Part shown: positions 1 to 15,200 of the stretch, in pieces
Layout of the letters: the number at the start of each line of letters is the position of its first letter
Position numbering within the stretch: position 1 is the first letter of the stretch
Assembly (NCBI GenBank): GCA_037447605.1
Contig: CM074822.1
Location: 1,325,492-1,389,491 of the forward strand
Origin: Zygnema circumcarinatum SAG 698-1b
Taxonomy: Eukaryota > Plantae > Zygnematophyceae
Direction of reading: 5' to 3'
DNA: 64,000 bases
The notes under the pieces: model-generated
Database searches by the model: none
What the model saw: the letters and a program-made list of their open reading frames with translations, nothing else
What the model was told of the DNA's origin: nothing
Made by a program: the position numbers and the translations under genes

Positions 1-182
1 TTATTCACGCTATGCAAAGACCTGCGTTCAGACCTTGCTTTCACTTATTCAGAAAAAACGAACAATAGAACGTAACGGACAAAATGTAGTAACCATAATC
101 ACAACGAAAAGACAACTTTTTTTTTTTTTTTGGTGGGGGAGGGGGGGGGGGGGGGGGNNNNNNNNNNTTTTTTTTTTTTTTT

Positions 183-3759
<3,577 letters not shown>

Positions 3760-4415
3760 GGCGGCTCCAGGCACCGCCCTGCTCTACCAATGCCCTAGAA
3801 ACCCTAAAATCCCTAAACAGCCTGAAATCCTGACAGCTCTGAGAACCCTAAATGGTGAAACTGACGATGATGATGATGATGATAAAGGCAGAGGAAGCCT
3901 ACTGCATCCTTCTCTTGTCTTCTCACTCTCTCTCTCCCTCTCTCTCTTCGTTCCTCGTTTCTACCTCGTTCGATTATTCGATTGACATAAGACAATCATG
4001 GAATCAAGAACTAAATAAACCATAGTCAGTTTTTTAAGAATTTGCAATTGAGATATTATTCTTGTTCGAGATCATTTTTTTCTATTTTGATTCTCCTTCT
4101 TCTCTGCAGGTTACAAGGCAAGAGGCTTGAAAGACTGCTGTTGACAAATCCAGGACGGCGTGGTATCCCTTTTGAACTTCATGACGTGACAGTCGTACTG
4201 ATTCTATAAAGTTCCAACCAACCATTAATCAAAGTCACACGTGCGCTATATTCAGCTAATCAGAAACAAGCGCCACACGTGTACAATTGTACAAAACCAA
4301 TCAGAGATCGACTAAGTTTTCTCCTCATAGTATAATGTGGCTCAGTTATGGACGCGTTCAGACTGTATGGACGCATACTGTACTAATTGTGTACGGACAC
4401 TGTAAGAAAATGGTA

Positions 4416-5067
4416 CAGTAGGGGGTCATATTTTCCACCCTGGTTTTGGCCAATATGAGGCGAAAATATTGATTTTGCATATATAAGGTTCGTGTTACCA
4501 ACAGACGGGCGGTATTATGTTAGAGTTCATGTTAGACCGTACGTACCGTATCGTACCATATCTTTCCGTATCGTACTGTATCGTTTAGCGTCGTATCGTA
4601 TCGTTCCATATCGTAACGCATAGACGTAGTTTTCCGCTCTTTGTTCGTCTCAGCTCGTACGGCTAGTACCGTATCGGGGCATTTCGTATCGTACCGTACC
4701 ATAACGTACCGTATCGTACTGTAACGGCTACTACGGCTCATACGGCTAGTACAGATAGTACCGTATCGGGGAGTTTCGTACCGTTTAGTTTCGTACCGTA
4801 TCGTAACGTATCGCATCGTATCGTATCGTAATGTATTGAAGCCAAGACGAAGAGGGAGAAGAGCGAGAGCCTCTTACGGCGGGACGTGCGGGGAGATTAG
4901 GCCCGTAACGGCTAGTACAGCTAGTACAACTCATACGGTTAGTACGGACGGTACGAATCATACGGATAACACACAGTTACCGTACAAAAAGGTGATTTCG
5001 GCAAAAATCGGGGCGAATTTCTTGAGCACGCACTCCTTAGGGCGGTAAATACGAGGACCCCCCACTG
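4416..5067. mobile_element. Tc1/mariner-type non-autonomous element (MITE) with a (CGTAT/CGTAC)n interior
   Basis: TA|CAGTAGGGGGTC ... GACCCCCCACTG|TA: a 12-bp TIR with one mismatch, extending imperfectly to about 30 bp, with TA on both sides. No coding capacity. Partial inverted copies lie at about 45.36-45.89 kb and 46.73-47.26 kb. Confidence 0.7.
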
Positions 5068-6058
5068 TACAGTACAGTACAGTACAAACACTGTACGGAC
5101 ACAAAGTCAACATTCCGATATGTAGATCATGCGACACAGTAACCAGTTAAGCAAATCGGGTATCATTGTTACCTGCAACTTTGAACTGTAACTGCGCAAT
5201 TCTGTGTTGAGTGTGGGAAAAGTGAGCATCACACCAATGGGGTTCTGCCTTTAAACGTGCACCGACACTCACTTTGTCCATTTACGGAACCGCCATCTGC
5301 CCGCTGACCGGGTAATCTGGGCAGACAAAAAATGATTTTTTTTCTAAGCAAAAACCGACCATTCGTCCAATCGAATCGTTCCGGTCAGCTCGGAACAAAT
5401 GTCATGCACGGCAAAAACGCACCAGAAGTACGGAAGTGGAAGTGGATTCCAAGATTGGGTGAACTCTCTCCACTGTTGAGAGAGAGTAAAGGAGGTAAAG
5501 GGAGTGGGGGCGAGATGGAGTAAGGGAGGGAGGGCTAAAGAGAGACGATTTCCGCTTTCTCTCTCTCCCTCCCCCTCTCCCTCTCCCTCTTCCTCCACAT
5601 CTCCCTCTCCCTCTCCCTCTTCCTCTTCCTCTCCCTCTCCCTCTCCCTCTCCCTCTCCCTCTCCCTTTACCGCTCCCTCTCCCTCTTCCTCTCCCACTCC
5701 CTTTCCCTCTCCCTCTCCCTCTCCCTTTCCCTTTCCCTTTCCCTTTCCCTTTCCCTTTCCCTCTCCCTCTCCCTCTCCCTTTCCATGTCCCTCTTCCTTT
5801 GTCTCCCTTCCCGTTCCCCTCCTTCTCGGATTCCCCCTCCCCTCTCCCTCCTCCTTTCCCTGCCCCTCCCCCTCCTCACAACCCCCTTCCCTCCCTCTCT
5901 CTCTCGACCTCTCTCTTTTTCGTTTTTGGAAGTTCTTACTTGACCCCTTGGCACGTCAGTGATTCCATCGGATCCCTGTCACAGAGGCTGTGGAAGGAAT
6001 GCAGATTGGAGCACATTTTTATATTGTTTATCCGTCTTGTTGGTCTTTTTGCAGGCAA

Positions 6059-6592
6059 ATGCAAGTCCATAAAGGAGACGAAATTCCGACTCCGCATGAG
6101 ACTCCTCCGACTGTAGACCAGTCTACTGTCAATACTGATCTGCAAATCAGGGAGCTCCAAGCCTCTCGCTCTCAAGGGAATGAGATTTCTGAAGAGGTTC
6201 AATGTAGCTTTGTGTGCACCGGAGAGATAAGTGAGGGAGGAATACCGGTCAACCCAGACACACCATGGCTCAGAAATTTAAGTGACGAAGCAAGGGAATG
6301 GACAAAATTCGACTCCCAAGTTGTCGAGACGGAGGATAAATCCTGGATGGCCGATGTAGAGCTTCATTGCAATGAATTCCATTTCTGTCCTGAAAGGGGG
6401 CAGCTGGGAGGAGGGAGAGGGGAGGCCGGGGGGAGGGAGGAAGAGGCTCATTCTCTTAATAGTTTAAGGGATAGACAAGCGAAGTCGCAAGAAAATGAAG
6501 TGCTTTTTCCGCGCGCGGCTTCAATTATCCCTATGGTGGAAAGAATTTTGAGGTCGTCCTCTGACTCGGACTCGGATCCCATGATTGACTGA
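6059..6592 (+). CDS. WRKY-family derivative lacking the WRKY domain (copy D), 177-aa open exon
   Basis: Acceptor TTTTTGCAG|G at 6054. MQVHKGDEIPTP aligns with the pre-WRKY segments of copies A (RKVHNSEEFQIPPD) and B (KADEMLTPED). The sequence then jumps directly to STVNTDLQIRELQ, which lies about 1 kb further downstream in the full copies. An upstream exon was not identified. Confidence 0.55.
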   Translation: MQVHKGDEIPTPHETPPTVDQSTVNTDLQIRELQASRSQGNEISEEVQCSFVCTGEISEGGIPVNPDTPWLRNLSDEAREWTKFDSQVVETEDKSWMADVELHCNEFHFCPERGQLGGGRGEAGGREEEAHSLNSLRDRQAKSQENEVLFPRAASIIPMVERILRSSSDSDSDPMID

Positions 6593-8034
6593 CTCCTCTC
6601 TTTGCTGTGAGAGAGAGTGAAGGAGGAAAAGGGAGAGGGGAGAGGAGAGGGAGCAGAGGGGGAGAGAGGGTGGAGAGGCAGAGAGTGAGAGAGAGAGGGA
6701 GGCATTCGAGTGGAGAGTGTGAGGGCTGCTGTAGAGAATCTTTAAGGGCTGTTGTTTTTTGTCTTTACTTTGCAGAGAGGTCAAGAGTGTTTCAGTCATC
6801 ATTCATTCAAAACCCTTAACCCTCAAAAAAATTATCAGTTGGTCGGTTTGTCTGTCGAGCGGGAGGTCGCTGGATTAGAGGAGGGGGATAAGCAGCATCC
6901 CTCCATGCAAGGGTCTGAACGTTTAATCAAACGAGGGAAAATATCAACTTGTTTTCGTATAACATCAACTTGTTTTCGTATATATATTTAGAAGTGTTTT
7001 AGTCTGTTCTATCTTTAACCTGTTTCAATCTTCAAAGTGGATGGTGATGTGATATCGTGAAAGAAAACCATGCATGCATTTATCTGTCGTGTGTGGGCTT
7101 TTAAAGCTGTTAAGGGTTGAGGGGTTTTAGGGTTATAGTCAGATAAAGGGTTTCCGGTTTTGAGGGTTTTAGGGTTTTTGGTGTTTCAGAGTTTCAGTGT
7201 TTTAAGGGTTGTTAGGATTTTGAGGGTTTTATTTGTTGTGGCATCGCCATGGTGAGAGCAATGCCAAAATTGTTTGCCCCAAGACATTGACTGAAGACGA
7301 TGTGCACTGCAGAGGTGTATAGTAACCCTAAAAACCTAAAAAACCTACAAATCCTAAAAATACTAAATGTTGCAGACAGGACATGCCATTTGTCCCCTCC
7401 CTCCCCCCTTTTGCTCCCTCTCCCCTTCTCCTACCCCTTCTCCTCCTTCACTCTCTCTCACAGCGGAGAGAGGAGTCAGTCAATCAAGGGATCCGAGTCC
7501 GAGTCAGAAAACGACCTCAAAATTCCTTCCAACAAAGAGAGAATCGAAGCCACGTGCGGATAAAGCTATCGATTTTTTTGCGCCGCCGCTTGCAAATCTC
7601 GCAAAATATTACAGAAGTACATACATAAGCCTCCTCCTCTCGCATCATTTCTATCGACATAGTGCAAACATGGGTCTAAACCATTCCATTACCTTTCCAA
7701 ACTTGTCCCTCTGGGCCAAATTTGGATGCTTGAAACCATTTCCCCTGATAAAGTCACCTCATAGATCTTCTTCCTTTGAGAGCAAGAGAAGGTCTCTTCT
7801 CTATTCACATGTGGAATTTTAAGATTTTGTCACTCCCTGTTTTTTTCCCATGTATATATTTGACGCCCGTGAGTTCTTTGTTGTGGTCTTGTAACTCCCT
7901 CATTTGCAGATCAGTATTGAGAGTAGACTGATTTAGGCTGGCTAAGGTCTTACGACTGTCCCCACTCACATTAGACCCAAAGGTTTCCTCTGCCCCTCCT
8001 CCAAATGCTCCTCTCTCTCTCTTTCTCCTGTTTC

Positions 8035-9357
8035 TCACCCCTTTTGAATCAAACTCTTCTCTTGTGGGGTTCCGTTTTGCTCTCCCATCTCTCTACCGCC
8101 GGCCCCTCCATGAAGCCATCTCTCATTCCCCCTCCCTCCCTCCCCTACTCCCCTTCCCCCTCTCACCGCTGACTTCTTCTGCTTAGAGAGGAGAATCTCT
8201 TGCAGCCTGATAGCCAAAGAACTTGGCGGAACTCCATTTTCGTGGTTAACCATACTCTCCATGCTTTTTTCAACTGATTGTTCTCGAGTTGGCGGAATTC
8301 CTACATCCCTAATCCATGGACTATTCATACATTTTGGACCTCCAATAGGGGGCCTCCCTCCCCCCCACCCTCCTCCTCCTCCTCCTCCTCCTCCTTCTCC
8401 TCCTCCTCCTCCTCCTCCTCCTCGTCCTCCTCCTCCTCCTCCTCTTCCTCCTCCTCCTCCTCCTCCAGCATTACTCCAAAGTGAATGCAAATCCTCAATC
8501 CTCCTCCGCATCTCTCGGAATGGGGAGGTGATCTCTCTCCCTTCGGGATCCGGAGTCCGATAATTATCATCAAGGGAGTCAGTTGATGATGATGAGAACT
8601 TGGGAGAGCTTTGGACAGCGGCTGGGCTGCTTTCGCCCAAAACTGGATCTCCCTCAGAGGAGGAAGACGATCCATACATGATGACTGTTTTTTGTATTCT
8701 GGGAGGGGGAGGGAAATGGTTATGATCTCCGTCATATGTAACTTTTAGGGAGGCGGATTTATCCGTGCAATCCACAGTTTTTTTCGCCGTACAACCTTCC
8801 TTTTTCTTGGTACAAGCGTAATAGGCCCTGTACGGAAAAGAGGAAAAGAAAGGGATGAGATTAGGACTGGAGGGGAAGTAAAATGTGAAGAGAGAGAGAC
8901 AGAGAGAGAGAGAAGGAGAGTGAGAGAGAGAGAGAGACAGAGAATGTGATGTTGGTGGCATTAATAGCACATACCTTTTGTGCGTCACCATTTTATTTTT
9001 TTTCACAATCTCCTTCTCCCCATATTTCCGCCACTGATAGCCGTCCGGTGGAATCTGAAATTCTTCTGAATTATGGACTTTCCTTTGCCTGAAAAACGAA
9101 AAAAAAAACGGAAAAACACCTTCAAATTGCGCTCCAATCTGCATTTTCCACATCCTCTGGGGAGGGGAACGTATAGGAAGAACGAGAGGGAGAGGGGGAT
9201 GCCAACAGGGAGGGAGAGAGAAAGAGAGAGAGAGGGGGGGGAGGGGGAGGGGGATGTGGAAACGAATGGAATGGCGGGAGAATGTGGGGAGCGGGAGGGG
9301 AACGGAGAGGGAGAACGAGAGGGAAAGGGAGAGAGGAAGAAGGAGAGAGAGAGAGAA

Positions 9358-9455
<98 letters not shown>

Positions 9456-9789
9456 GGAGAGAGAGAGAGCGAGAGAGAGAGAGAGAGCGAGAAAGAGAAA
9501 TAGAGAGAGAGAGATAGAGAGAAAGAGAGAGAGAGCCAGAGAGAGAGAAAGAGAGAGAGAGAGTGAGAGAGAGAGAGCGGGAGGGAGAGAGAGAGAGGGG
9601 AATTCGTCCAGAGACGCACCGTTTGAGAGTTCTTGTCGGAAAGGTCTCCTTCCGCTTGCCCGAATTCGCTTGTCCTTTGTGTGCCGATGAAACGAAAGGA
9701 GGAACTTGCAGGTGCAGTTTGCTGTCAAGGGCCGGAAACTGCAAGGAAAATTCCGCCGCTGATTGGGGCAGTGCAGGATCGCTCGCCAT
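8035..9789 (-). CDS. WRKY: Atypical WRKY transcription factor (copy A), 3 exons, 358 aa; WRKYGEK with C-X6-C-X22-H-X-H
   Basis: complement(join(8035..8827,8975..9088,9620..9789)) = 1077 nt, with GT-AG introns. Domain reads DGYQWRKYGEK...HKR^AYYACTKKKEGC...TYDGDHNH, with the conserved phase-2 intron after the Arg codon that is typical of group I/IIc/III WRKYs. Ser-rich and Gly-rich C-terminal half. The exon 1 and stop assignments are less certain than the domain itself. Confidence 0.85.
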
Positions 9790-10557
9790 TCCTTTCGCGG
9801 GCGAATACCCACCGACCTTTTTGAACCAAACCAAACCAAACCGAGCCAGGTGAGGGGAGGAGCGACACGCTGGTTGACATTCAATTCTCCCTCTCTCTAT
9901 CTTTCTCTCACCTTGTCTCCTCTCTCTCACCTCCCTCCCTCCCTCCCTCTCCCTCCCTCCCTCCCTCCTCCTCCTCCTCCCTCCCTCCCTCCCTCCTCCC
10001 TCCCTCCCTCCCTCCCTCGCTCCCTCCATCCCTCCCTCCCTCCCTCCCTCTGACTGAATTATTTTTCTTATTTAGAACTGAATTTGTAGCTTGCTACCCC
10101 ATGAAAGCCCAGTTACTCTTCCAATTATCTCCTAATCCTCTTTATACCTCTTCCTTCCAGCCCTCCCTCTCCCTTTCTCTCCCGTTTGCGCTCCCACTCC
10201 CTCTCCCTCTCCGTCTCCCTCTCCCTCTCTCTCCCCTCTCGTTACCCCTTCCTCTCCCTCTCTCTCCGCCGGTACGGTTCCTTGTATAGGCGCTGCCTTA
10301 GCACGTTACGTCACGTCATGGAAATTGGTCACTTGCGACGGACTTCCGCATTGGCTGGATCCCCTCAGTGGGTAAACTCGCTTCGGCACTACGTGTCGTC
10401 CTCCGATTGGTTGAGACCGTACGGCGGAGGTCTTCCTTTGGTCGGTGTGGTGAAATCGAGTCAAAGCGCGTTGTTGGTGAAGAAAAAATTGAAATCGAAA
10501 ATTCGACGAAACTTCCCCGACGCCTTGACCGCGGAGACCCTTTCGACCGCTATTTCT

Positions 10558-11501
10558 GGGTAGTGATATTTCCACCCCTTTTTTGGATCCAAACACCCCT
10601 TCCCGGCAGGGCAGATTTCAAAAAGGATTAAAAACGGAAAATGCTTTTTTCACACCTTTTTGGAATCGATATCCACCCTCCATCGGCAGATTTTATTTTT
10701 GCGAAACAAGGAAAATGATACTCACCCCACTTTGAATATCCCGCCTACCTGAATTTCTTTTTACGCGTGCGGTCAATCGCAGCCGTCGATTCCCTCGCAG
10801 ATCGCAAAACGGCAGATCACTATTTGATCTGCAGCCGGGCTCGGTCACAGCGAATGGCACGGGCCCACGTATCCCGCCAAAGTCGCCACAAAAGTTTGTC
10901 CGTACAAATGTCGTACGGTCGCAACTTTGAGGAACCCAAAATTTCGTACATTGAGAGCTTGGACCAATCAAAATTTTCCACGTCAAAAATGTAACACGTG
11001 GCAGCTGTTGATTGGCTGGAAGCTAACAATGACGAGATCTGGGACAGATGGACGCGCGCACTCGCACGAGCGATCCGGCTTTGACGGGACTCGTGGGCGC
11101 TTTCCATTCGCTAAGATCGAGCCCGGCTGCAGATCGAACGGTGATCTGCAGTGGTGCGATCTGCGAGGGAAATCGACAGATGCGATTGACACGCACGTGT
11201 GAAGGACGGACACCCGCGAACGATCTCGTGGCGGACGGATCTTCCGCTCCGAGCGGATTCGGGCAGGCAGATATTTCTTTCCCTCAAAAAAAAAATTCAG
11301 GGAGGCGGGATACAGTATTCAAAATGCGGTGACGGGGTATCATTTTCCTTGGTTCCTTCCTTAAATCAGCCGACGGAAGAAGGTGGGTATCGATTCCAAA
11401 AAGGTGTGAAAAAAGCATTTTCCGTTTTTAATCCCTTTTGAAATCTGCCCGGCCGGGAAGGGGTGTTTGGATCCAAAAAAGGGGTGGAAATATCACTACC
11501 C
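10558..11501. mobile_element. Foldback/MITE element (about 940 bp) with long terminal inverted repeats
   Basis: The termini GGGTAGTGATATTTCCACCCC... and ...GGGGTGGAAATATCACTACCC are near-perfect inverted repeats for about 115 bp and imperfect to about 200 bp. The interior has two related subunits. No TSD was identifiable, so the superfamily is unresolved (Mutator-like by TIR length). Confidence 0.85.
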
Positions 11502-12289
11502 TTGATTTTTTTGTCGGACGCAGCGGTTAGAGGCCTCGGAAAGGACAGATTTAGATCCAAAGGCCAACGACCGACCAAATCTAGGCCCTACCTAGAGGAA
11601 CAGATTCTCAGAGCGATCAATCACAGGGCGCAATTTGCGCTGACGTGGCAGGAAACTCCAAAGTCAGTACGGATGTAGTGCGCCCGCAAGTTTGTTGTAT
11701 GCGCCAGCTTCGCCGGGTTTTAAAAAAGCGGCGTTGCCGGCCAATGGGACGAGGGCTTCTCCGGGCAGCGGAAATAAAACACTTTCATTTGAAAGGTTTC
11801 AACTAATTTGAAACGAAGTAACACATTTGGTCTCAATAGGGCGTGTCAGACTTAACGAAATGTTACGAATATCGAGTTTTTAGTATTACGAGAATCGAGG
11901 TTACTAAGTACTAAAAATCATCGCGCCCCCGAACCTAAACCGAACCGAACGGAAGTCAATGTAGTCGACGGGGGTGGCGCTAAAATTGACCCGTGGGGTT
12001 TACTAAAAAGGGCACTTCTTCGCACGATTTTGTTCGCACCCAAAAGAGGCGCCGAAATGGACGTGCGAAGAAAATACTGGCGAAAATCGCGTCAACGTGA
12101 CGTCATGGTTGTTTTCCCGCCCGCGCGCGCGGCCCCGCGCCCGCCCGTGACGCGCAACACAACACGACAAGCGGTATCCGCACGCCGCGCCGGCGCTGTT
12201 TCTAAGTCTGAGGGCCCCGCGGCGAGGCGAAGTGCAAAGACGGCGTTTGTGGAGAAGTGCGAAGACAGCAATCGGCAATCATAACTGGA

Positions 12290-15200
12290 AAGTTAGATTC
12301 AATTCATTGATTCAATTAGATATGATTTGATCAATTGGGTTGGATTTGATAGACTGATTGATAGATTGGTGGTGGTGATTTGGTTAGATTGGGTTAAAGT
12401 AGATTGGGGTTTAGTTGATTAGACTGAATTGGCTTAGTGCAATTGGTTAGATTGATGGTTAGATCAGTTAGATTAGATTGAGTTAGATTGGTTAGATTAG
12501 GTTGATAAATTGAGTTAGATTAGATTGGTTAGATTAAGTAGATTAAATTAGATTAGATTAATTAGATTGAGTTAGATTAATTAATTAGATTAATCATAGT
12601 TAGATTAGGTTGATTCAGTTAGATAATCAATTGAGTTAATTAATTGATTTAATGATATGGTGAGTAAGATAATGAGTAGATTGATTAGATTGGTTCAATT
12701 GGTTGGATAGAGTGCAGTGGGGTAGATGATGATAGATGGTAATGGTGGTGGTAGATAGTGGGTAGATGGTAGATGGGATGAGTAAATGGGTGATAATAGT
12801 GGATTAGATTGATTAGTGGATTGGGTTAAATTGATTAATTAGATTAGATTAAGTTGATTAAATTAGATTAGGTTAATAATAATTTTGATTAATAGATAAA
12901 TAAGGTAATAATGATGATGATAAGACGATGAATTAGATGAACTGAATGATAAATGATGAGTGGTTAGGTTCGTAGATAAGTAAATTGATTAGTAGATTAA
13001 TTGCAAGTAGATTCGGTGGATTAGGTTAGATAGGATTGGGTTAGGTTAATGATTGAGTTAATTAATTTACAAAATTAATTGATCAATTAGATTAGATTAG
13101 ATTAATGGTCAATTGATTAGATTAGATTAGATTAGATTAGATACAGTTGAATCAACTGTATCAATTAATTAGATAGATTGGTCAATTGATTAGATTAGTT
13201 GATAAATAGATTACATCGATATTGATTAGTTAATTAGATTACATTGGTGATAGATCAGGTTAACGATGGTTGATTTAGTTGAGTTGGTTATCAATTAGAT
13301 TACAACTGATTGATTAGATTAGTTGGGTTCAATTTTGATTTGATTGAAGTTGATGATTGAGTTGGTGGTGATTGGTTAGATTAGGTTAGTCAATTGAGTT
13401 GGGTTAGATTAGGTTAGATTAGGTTTGATTATCAGTTAGTTAGATTGCATTGAGATACAGTCAATTAGTTAGATTAAATTGATAAATTAATTAGATTAGA
13501 TTAGATAGAATTTTAGTAGATAAATTGGTTAATGATCAAGTTGATTGATTAGTTACTAATTTGAATAATAAATTAATTGATTGGTGGATTAGCAAATTAA
13601 TTAATTAATTAATTAATTAATTAATTAATTAATAAATTAATAAATAATAATATAATAAATTAATTAATTAATTAATTAATTAATTAATTAGATAGATTAA
13701 TTAATTAATTAATTAATTAAATTAATTAATTAATTAATTAATTAATTAATTAATTAATTAATTAATTAATTAATTAATTAATTAATTAATTAATTAATCA
13801 GGTTAATAAATTAATTAATTAATTAATTAATTAATTGATTAATTGATTAATTAATTAATATAATAAATAATAATAATAATAAATAAATTAATAAATAAAT
13901 TAATTAATTAATTAATTAATTAATTAATTAATTAATTAATTGGTTAATTAATTAATTGATTAATTAGATTAAGTTAAGTTAATTAATAAATTAATTAATA
14001 AATAATAAGTTAGTTAATTAATTAATTAATTAATTAATTAATTAATTTAGTTTCATTAGATTAAGTTAGATTAAGTTACGGGTTTAGTTAAGTTAGGTTA
14101 AGTTAAGTTAAGTTAATTAAGTTAAGTTAATTAATTAATAGATCACATTGCAATTGAGTTAATAGATTTAATTAATTAATTGGGTTTAGTTACATTAGGT
14201 TAATTAGGTTAAATTAGATTCAGTTTAGTAAATTAATTAAGTTCAGTTAAGTAGATTAGATTAAATTAAGTTAGATTAGGTTAATTAATTAAGGATTAGG
14301 TTAAGTTAATTAATTAAGTTAAGTTAATTAATTAGATTTAATTAGATTAGGTTAGGTTGATTAAGTTAATTAAGTTAGATTAATTTAATTGAGTTAAGTT
14401 AATGGATTAAGTTAAGTTAGTTAATTGGGTTAAATTAATTGATTTAATGGATTATGATATGATTCAATTTAAGTTAAGTTAATTAATTAATTAATTAATT
14501 AAGTATTAATTAATTAAATTAATTAATTAAATTAATTAATTAATTAATAAATTTAATTAGGTTAATTCAGTTAGATTAAATTAGATTAAGTTAGGTTAGG
14601 TTAGATTTAATTCAGTAGATTAAGTCAAGTTGGGTTAATTGAGTTAATTAGATTGATTAGTTGAGTTAGATTAATTAGATTAGGTTTAATTAGTTAAATT
14701 GAGTTAAGTTAATTGATTAGATTGAGTTAGATTAATTCAATTAGATTAATAGATTAGATTAATTAATTAGATTAAGTTAATGAATTAGATTAAGTTAGTT
14801 AATTAATAGATTAATTAATTAGACTTAATTGATTAAATTAGGTTAATTAAGTTAGTTTAATAATTATAATTAATTAATTAGGTTGATAAATTAATTAATT
14901 AATTAATTAATTAATTAATTAATTAATTAATTAATTAATTAATTAATTAATTAATAATTAATTAAGTTAATTAATTAATTAATTAATTAATTAATTAATT
15001 AATTAATTAATTAATTAATTAATTAATTAATTAATTAATTAAGTTAATTAATTAATTAATTAATTAAGTTAATTAATTAATTAATAAATAAATATAACAA
15101 TATAAATTAAATTAAATATAAATCTAATTTAATAATAAGTTAATTAATTAATAATTAATTAATTAATTAATTAATTAAGTTAACTAATAAATAATTAGAT

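Noticed and set aside
8035-10029. 664-aa ORF running through both WRKY-A introns
   Set aside because: Both introns happen to be multiples of 3 (531 and 147 nt) and consist of TC repeats, which contain no stop codons. GT-AG sites and the conserved WRKY intron position support splicing instead.
9790-10557. W-box autoregulation of WRKY-A
   Set aside because: I noticed only one TTGACC (about 10524) in the upstream region, which is no more than chance expectation.
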